From an uncultured Bacteroidales bacterium (lineage in GTDB: Bacteria > Bacteroidota > Bacteroidia > Bacteroidales > FEN-979): a stretch of DNA of 64,000 nt. The notes under the pieces are model-generated. The model was given only the letters and a program-made list of their open reading frames with translations. It was not told the DNA's origin and ran no database searches. This document shows, piece by piece, positions 58,471-64,000 of the stretch (positions are counted from its first letter, which is position 1; each line of letters starts with the position of its first letter). The position numbers were made by a program, and so were the translations under genes. Where the stretch lies: contig CAIYUC010000152.1 of the NCBI GenBank assembly GCA_903929315.1, positions 14,624 to 78,623 on the forward strand. Direction: 5' to 3'.

Positions 58471-58530
58471 TGTTAATAACTTTTTCTATAGAGTGAATTT
58501 TTGATTCAAGGAAGGCTTTGAAAACCTGAA

Positions 58531-60807
58531 TTAATGCCGGATTACAACTTTAGTCGAGGAATAACTGAAAGAAGAAGGATTGATGGAGAAATAAACATGA
58601 AGAATATACAATCCGGAAGACAACGATCCTGTCGGAATAGAAATCCTGCTATCATGAAGGATATTTTTCTCAAAAACATTTTGTCCTAAAGAGTTGACAA
58701 GAATTATTGTCAGGTTTGAAAAATTTTGGATTCCTCCGATTTTGAGAAAAACCTCCTTGTCGGCAGGGTTCGGGTAGGCTGTGAGGTCTGGCTTTGTATC
58801 ATCAAGTGACCTGACAACAGGCGGAATCGAATTATGGCTGAAATAATTTAACCCACCTGACCAATTCCCAACGATCAGATCGAGATATGTCGGATCGCTT
58901 AGTTTCCCGATACAGGCTCCAGTCCGCCATCCGCACTGGATATTGAAAGGAGAATTATTGATAAGGGTGAACAGCGAATCGGATGGATTAAACTTCCCAT
59001 CGATATTATTTTCGATACCTGTGAAATAGAATATTGTTCCCTGTTGTGAACCTGCAATAAGTTTGATCTTATTTGATTTATCCCTGAAAAAGCAAGGCGT
59101 GCTGTATCCGTCATAATAAAGGTTATAATCGGTAACATTGATCTTTCCAAGGCTGTCTGTTGTAAGACTGAAAACGGGATTGTTTTGTGGCCCGTCATTA
59201 TGGTAATAGTTAAGGTTCCCTTTCTGTTCTCCGACAATCAGGTCAAGCTGGCCGTCATTATCCAGGTCGAAGAGTTGTGGCGTGGAAAAATCACCAACAT
59301 CAATATTCTGATATTTATACTGTGGTGGAGCAAAAACAGGATTTTGCCCCGGACCGGCAATGTTTTCAAAATAGATAAGCGTACCATCGGAATTTCCAAT
59401 GATCATATCAACATCACCATCTCCGTCTATATCACCGAAAGTCGGATAAATTCCCGTCAAATGAAGAGTTGAAAGACCTGCAAAATCATCTGTAATTAAT
59501 GTAAATTGGGGATTGAACAGGGCCCCGGTATTCTTATAATAGGAAATTTTAGCCGTATAAACAGAATGCAATACTCCCTGATAATAATAGGATGAATCAT
59601 AATATCCGTAATCTCCAACAAAAAGATCAGGTAACCCGTCGCCGTCTATATCATAAAGTACCGGGAAGGCATTGGAGCCAACATCGATCATTTCATCCTG
59701 GAAAAATCGATCCGTGACGAATTGAAAATTAGGAATGGAATCAGATCCTGTATTTTTATAGAACCATACGCTTTTATAGTTCTCTGCTACCGTGAAACCC
59801 GGGTCAAATGGGGATACTACCAAATCTTTTATTCCGTCATTATCGAGGTCCAGAAAGCCCATAGCGGGAAAAGAGAATAGGTTTACAGGTTTTGAATAGG
59901 ACGGGAAAAGAGTATCCTGGCTTATCATATGTGCCGAATCCGGTGTGCCGCCATTGATCAGGGAGATAAGGTCAGGGAAATCAACGTCCCCGAGAATGAG
60001 GTCTTTTACTCCATCGCCATTAAGATCAGTAACCAGGAAAGTCGACCCGGTATGCTTGGAAGTTTCTTCGCTGCAGGAGGTGCATGGGAGTGGTGAGGAT
60101 TTATAAGGACAAGTGATATCAAGTGTCAAACTGTTTGAACCCTCACTCTCCCTGATATCACCCCAGCATTTATCAGTAAGTATGTAATCAAGGCTGTCGC
60201 AATTTCCATATTTTTCCATTGAAAGATTCTTGTGATATTCAATATAGGAGCCAAGTCCAAAAAAAGTCAGTAAATCAAGGTCACCATCATTGTCAATATC
60301 CACAATAGCAGGATAATCGACATTCGTGACAAGAATCCCAACATAACCCGTGTAATAAAAAGATTGAAGAAGATTTGTGACAAGCTGGAATTTAAGACTT
60401 GAAGTAGAAACGTTCCTGAATACACGAATTCCTCCTAAAGAATAGGTAAAGATATCCTGTTTGCTGTCACGATTGTAGTCTGCAAATATAACCCAGTCGT
60501 GGAGATCCGGAAATAAAGAAGCCAATTCCGGATGAAATTCATAATCAGGAATGCCAGGGGTTCCTTTGTTTATAAATGGCAATATCCGGTTTCCATGCCG
60601 GTCAAAGATGACCAGGTCTGGTATGCCATCAAGATTGATATCAATTTGTCCGAATTGGCAGGAATTCAATCCGCCTGCCCATGGATATTTCAGAAATTGA
60701 CTTTGATTTGATCCGATGACCACAGGAGCTTGAGCTTCAGTATTGAAGTCGATTCCTGTAACGAAAATCAGGATGATAGAAGGTAATATTTTACGGAAAG
60801 TACGCAT
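58531..60807 (-). CDS. FG-GAP/VCBS-repeat protein with T9SS C-terminal sorting domain
   Basis: 758 aa. Signal peptide, many D.D.DG..D(L/I) repeats (DIDNDGDLDLL, DLNGDGVKDLI, DLDNDGIKDLV, DIDGDGLPDLF, DIDGDGDVDMI, DLDNDGQLDLI) and a C-terminal AYPNPADKEV...GLYILHVYF tail. Confidence 0.75.
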   Translation of the reverse strand: MRTFRKILPSIILIFVTGIDFNTEAQAPVVIGSNQSQFLKYPWAGGLNSCQFGQIDINLDGIPDLVIFDRHGNRILPFINKGTPGIPDYEFHPELASLFPDLHDWVIFADYNRDSKQDIFTYSLGGIRVFRNVSTSSLKFQLVTNLLQSFYYTGYVGILVTNVDYPAIVDIDNDGDLDLLTFFGLGSYIEYHKNLSMEKYGNCDSLDYILTDKCWGDIRESEGSNSLTLDITCPYKSSPLPCTSCSEETSKHTGSTFLVTDLNGDGVKDLILGDVDFPDLISLINGGTPDSAHMISQDTLFPSYSKPVNLFSFPAMGFLDLDNDGIKDLVVSPFDPGFTVAENYKSVWFYKNTGSDSIPNFQFVTDRFFQDEMIDVGSNAFPVLYDIDGDGLPDLFVGDYGYYDSSYYYQGVLHSVYTAKISYYKNTGALFNPQFTLITDDFAGLSTLHLTGIYPTFGDIDGDGDVDMIIGNSDGTLIYFENIAGPGQNPVFAPPQYKYQNIDVGDFSTPQLFDLDNDGQLDLIVGEQKGNLNYYHNDGPQNNPVFSLTTDSLGKINVTDYNLYYDGYSTPCFFRDKSNKIKLIAGSQQGTIFYFTGIENNIDGKFNPSDSLFTLINNSPFNIQCGWRTGACIGKLSDPTYLDLIVGNWSGGLNYFSHNSIPPVVRSLDDTKPDLTAYPNPADKEVFLKIGGIQNFSNLTIILVNSLGQNVFEKNILHDSRISIPTGSLSSGLYILHVYFSINPSSFSYSSTKVVIRH

Positions 60808-60839
60808 AGGAGCTGAAACAAAATTAACGAAAATTTTCC

Positions 60840-60847
60840 TATCTTTG
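60840..60847 (+). promoter_or_regulatory. candidate Bacteroidota -7 promoter box (TAnnTTTG)
   Basis: tatctttg lies 19 nt upstream of the ATG at 60867. Confidence 0.3.
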
Positions 60848-60866
60848 GGTCGAATAAGAAGGTAAA

Positions 60867-62027
60867 ATGGCTAAGATTTTGGTTATCGACGATGAAAGAA
60901 GCATCCGTAACATCTTACTGGAAATATTGGAATATGAGAAATACACAGTGGACACGGCTCCTGATGGTATTGAAGGATTAAAACTGGTAAATGCTACAAA
61001 ATATGATGTCATACTGTGTGATATAAAAATGCCGAAAATGGATGGCATTGAAGTTCTTGAAAACATGATGAAGATCACCGATGCTCCAATCATCATGATT
61101 TCGGGCCATGGAACCATTGAAACTGCGGTGGAAGCCATTAAAAAAGGCGCTTATGATTTTATTTCCAAGCCACTTGATTTGAACCGGTTGCTGGTTACCA
61201 TCCGCAATGCTATGGAAAGAGCAAGTTTACTGGATGAGACAAAAATATTGAAACGGAAGATAAGGGGGACACATGATATCGTTGGCGAATCAGAAGCCAT
61301 ACTCCATGTGAAAGAGTTAATGAAAAAAGTAGCCTCCACCGATGCCCGGGTATTAATAACCGGGGAAAACGGAACTGGCAAGGAACTGGTAGCGCATTGG
61401 TTGCATGAGTTCAGCCAACGGGCAAATGGGCCGTTTATCGAGGTGAACTGTGCTGCCATCCCTTCGGAACTGATCGAGAGTAATCTCTTTGGGCATGAAA
61501 AAGGTTCCTTCACTTCTGCCATAAAACAGCGTAAAGGTGATTTTGAGCTTGCCTCAGGTGGTACCATCTTTCTTGATGAAATTGCCGATATGAGCCTTTC
61601 CGCCCAGGCAAAAGTATTACGAACCCTTCAGGAAAATAAGATCACACGGGTGGGAGGTGAAAAAGAGATCCCTGTCGATGTGCGTGTCATCGCTGCAACA
61701 AATAAAAATCTGAAAGAAGAAATTGAAAAGAGAACATTTCGTGAAGATCTCTATCACCGGCTCAGTGTCATTATCATTGATGTGCCGCCATTAAACAAAC
61801 GATTGGAAGACCTTCCTTTATTGGTGAACTATTTTATTGACGAATTCTGTACCAATCAGGGGAAAGCAAAAATGAATATCACGAAAGAGGCGTTGGAAGA
61901 ATTAAAAACCATCCGATGGACAGGAAATATCAGAGAACTCAGGAATGTAGTTGAAAGATTGGTCATTCTCTGTGATAATAAAATTATGGCGGAGGATATA
62001 CGGCACTATTCTATGCCTTTGTTTTAA
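60867..62027 (+). CDS. sigma-54-dependent response regulator (REC + AAA+), no C-terminal HTH
   Basis: 386 aa. REC domain (ILVIDDE...DVILCDIKMPKMDG), Walker A GENGTGKE, the GAFTGA-equivalent GSFTSA, and sensor II GNIRELRNVVERL. The protein ends about 25 aa after the AAA+ domain. Confidence 0.85.
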   Translation: MAKILVIDDERSIRNILLEILEYEKYTVDTAPDGIEGLKLVNATKYDVILCDIKMPKMDGIEVLENMMKITDAPIIMISGHGTIETAVEAIKKGAYDFISKPLDLNRLLVTIRNAMERASLLDETKILKRKIRGTHDIVGESEAILHVKELMKKVASTDARVLITGENGTGKELVAHWLHEFSQRANGPFIEVNCAAIPSELIESNLFGHEKGSFTSAIKQRKGDFELASGGTIFLDEIADMSLSAQAKVLRTLQENKITRVGGEKEIPVDVRVIAATNKNLKEEIEKRTFREDLYHRLSVIIIDVPPLNKRLEDLPLLVNYFIDEFCTNQGKAKMNITKEALEELKTIRWTGNIRELRNVVERLVILCDNKIMAEDIRHYSMPLF

Positions 62028-62139
62028 TCAAATAGCAAAATAGTAAAATGCTCAGGAAACTGACACTAAAATACTTACCCTAATAAAAGTAAGAATTCCA
62101 AATGATAGCTCAACATAAAATATAATATTATGGCTTTAT

Positions 62140-62171
62140 AAAAAAAAGTCTGCAATGACTGCAGACTTTTC
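62140..62171. terminator. bidirectional rho-independent terminator
   Basis: agtctgca-atgac-tgcagact stem-loop flanked by an A-run on the left and a T-run on the right. Lies between the sigma-54 activator (+) and ssrA (-). Confidence 0.6.
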
Positions 62172-62177
62172 TTCTTT

Positions 62178-62548
62178 GTGGAGTTGGAGGGAGTCGAACC
62201 CTCGTCCAAACAAGCAGCAAAATGGCTTTCTACATGCTTAGCTTTCTATTTCTTGTCGGGATTTAACTGGTTAAAAGCAAACCGATTAAATCCTTATTCC
62301 CTATTTTCTCATTCCGGCATCGGGACACTGACGGAACCATCTCAACTTTTGCGATGCCTCATCCGGGACACCGTTGAGAGAGGTTTCCCAGGAGACAATT
62401 GGAACTTAATTTCTAAAATTAAGCAGCCAATCTGTAAGAATAATTATCGCCATTTATTGGCTATGTGAATTGGCGTTTTACGAGACCTGTTCACAACGCT
62501 CGGCATGCTTACAATTCCACTTCCTTGCTGTCAAATCCGTACAACCCC
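62178..62548 (-). ncRNA. ssrA: transfer-messenger RNA (tmRNA)
   Basis: The 5' GGGGTTG pairs with the 3' CAACTCC, including a G3:U wobble. T-arm reads GGGTTCGACTCCC. Tag ORF GGC GAT AAT TAT TCT TAC AGA TTG GCT GCT TAA (GDNYSYRLAA) sits at 62419-62451. The terminal CCA is not fully encoded. Confidence 0.85.
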
Positions 62549-62560
62549 GGGTAAGTTTTG

Positions 62561-62568
62561 CAAAAATA
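62561..62568 (-). promoter_or_regulatory. candidate -7 promoter box (TAnnTTTG) for ssrA
   Basis: The minus strand reads tatttttg, 12 nt upstream of the mature tmRNA 5' end. Confidence 0.35.
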
Positions 62569-62605
62569 CAAAAAATCGGCTCTTAATCCTAAAAAAACCC
62601 TGATA

Positions 62606-63589
62606 TTAAGATTGTAAAATTGCGTTAATAAAATTTGATATCTGGTACCTGTTATTAAGCACTTTATAGAGCTCGGCCAGGAGGGGGAATTTGTTTTCCT
62701 TCAATGAATTACTTAGTAACTCCTGGTAAATGATATTCACTGCATTTTTTCCTTCCAAAACCAATTCATGAGAAACATGCTCAGTAAAAAATCCTTTTCC
62801 GATCAATAATCCTAAAGTCCGGTTCCGGCTCAGGTCATTTAAAGCCGTGTGGGTAAAATCACCAATTCCACAATATTTGAACATCGTTTCTTCCTTCCCA
62901 CCTAATTGAAGCAATATATCACGCATTTCCGAAAATGCTTTTGTGAGGATCAGGGAACGCAGGTTAGGGGAATTGAAATGTGCATCAATAATTCCGATTA
63001 CAATGGCATACATGTTTTTCAGGATACTGAGGATTTCAACTCCAACGATATCATCGGAATAATCAAGATAAATCGTTGTGCCGGTAAAAAGCTTTGATAC
63101 CTGATCCGATACTGTTTCATCATAGTATCCGACCGTGAATGCAGAGGGAAGATGGTTTATGATTTCCCTTGCAAATGTAGGGCCTTTTAAGGAACAAACG
63201 GGATTCGGAAAATCCTGTTTCATGCATTGAACAATTGTATTATTTCCCCGGCCAAAGCCTTTAGCAAGATTTATAAGAACTGCCTTGGGGTTAATATAAG
63301 ATTTTATGCTATTTACATAATCGATAAGAATAACAGAAGGGATTGCTAAAAATATGATGTCGGAGGATTCAAAAATATGGTCATCATAAGTAGCTTTCAG
63401 ATTGGGATTCAGATGGTTCATCGGGAAATACTTGACATTTACCCCGGTAGTATTGATGGCATCAACAATTTCTTTTTCAATGGAGTGCAGGATTACATTG
63501 ATATTGGTTTTTCCCGCTAAAACGTTCCCCAATGCCGTGCCAATTGTACCTGCCCCAATAAACACTATTGAATTAACTTGTTTTGGCAT
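62606..63589 (-). CDS. gpsA: NAD(P)H-dependent glycerol-3-phosphate dehydrogenase
   Basis: 327 aa. N-terminal Rossmann FIGAGTIGTALGNVLA and the LKGPTFAREI block (GpsA GPSxAxE region). Length is typical. Confidence 0.7.
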   Translation of the reverse strand: MPKQVNSIVFIGAGTIGTALGNVLAGKTNINVILHSIEKEIVDAINTTGVNVKYFPMNHLNPNLKATYDDHIFESSDIIFLAIPSVILIDYVNSIKSYINPKAVLINLAKGFGRGNNTIVQCMKQDFPNPVCSLKGPTFAREIINHLPSAFTVGYYDETVSDQVSKLFTGTTIYLDYSDDIVGVEILSILKNMYAIVIGIIDAHFNSPNLRSLILTKAFSEMRDILLQLGGKEETMFKYCGIGDFTHTALNDLSRNRTLGLLIGKGFFTEHVSHELVLEGKNAVNIIYQELLSNSLKENKFPLLAELYKVLNNRYQISNFINAILQS

Positions 63590-63618
63590 GTTTAAACCTT
63601 TTTTGCAAAAAAGTAAAT

Positions 63619-64000
63619 CTATTCCTGATCCTGATTTGGTAAAAGAATGTTGAAGGATGCCCCGCCATTACGATCTATTTTAAGCCTGGATTGAAGCTGT
63701 CCGGTCAGAACGGTGATAATTTGCATACCTAAGGTAGAAGCATTGTTCAGATCAAAGGTAACAGGTAATCCAACGCCATCATCCCTTACAGTGAGGATCC
63801 AGTAAATATCTTCAAGTTCCGGGTCCGCCTCTTCTTCAAGAACCGACCTGAATTCAACCCATATATTTCCCTGCGCTTTATTGATAAATGCATATTTAAA
63901 GGCATTCGTCAATAGCTCATTCACAATCAATCCAAGGGGTAAAGCAGTTTCTATATCAAAATAACACTCTTCAATATCCGTGTGTAAAACAATACCATCC
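63619..64000 (-). CDS. sensor histidine kinase, C-terminal HATPase domain (N-terminal part lies beyond the window)
   Basis: The frame stays open to base 64000 (…ALPLGLIVNELLTNAFKYAF…). N-box NELLTNAFKY, DDGVGLP and G-box-like LGMQIITVL. Confidence 0.7.
   Translation of the reverse strand, partial: DGIVLHTDIEECYFDIETALPLGLIVNELLTNAFKYAFINKAQGNIWVEFRSVLEEEADPELEDIYWILTVRDDGVGLPVTFDLNNASTLGMQIITVLTGQLQSRLKIDRNGGASFNILLPNQDQE

Noticed and set aside
62178-62468. 96-codon plus-strand ORF.
   Set aside because: It is the antisense strand of the tmRNA gene.

Overview
This 64-kb window looks like chromosomal DNA from a Bacteroidota-like (FCB group) bacterium. The evidence is four proteins with T9SS-type C-terminal sorting domains, a GldB-like lipoprotein, TAnnTTTG -7 boxes, a tmRNA with a Bacteroidota-style tag, and the Bacteroidota order of the dcw cluster. 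Most of the window is housekeeping. It holds two tandem acyl-CoA synthetases, an ECF sigma/anti-sigma pair, holA, rsmD, GTP-PEPCK, an aminotransferase, alaS, Mrp/NifU, nadE, and a mraZ-to-ftsZ division/cell-wall cluster (43.5-58.4 kb). It also holds a TetR-regulated LolCDE-like/LolA-like/OMP cluster, a sigma-54 activator, ssrA and gpsA. The most unusual locus is comM (33.9-38.2 kb). One intact comM is followed by two progressively shorter, diverged 3'-end copies. The differences between copies are almost all synonymous. The copies are separated by a hairpin-flanked DUF559 endonuclease cassette and by a low-GC T9SS cargo gene. I read this as the footprint of serial insertions that restore the target gene. 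No recombinase is visible in the window. Other points worth a second look: murD inside the dcw operon is reduced to its C-terminal ~180 codons; several intergenic regions carry families of long imperfect palindromes built from doubled heptamers; three phased GTGGR boxes upstream of mraZ look like a MraZ operator; the NtrC-type activator has no DNA-binding domain; and one protein is an alkyltransferase-like protein with PAHRV in place of PCHRV. I saw no CRISPR array, tRNA, rRNA, transposase or integrase. All calls rest on reading the sequence and the supplied ORF translations by eye. Coordinates of non-coding features are accurate to a few nucleotides at best.
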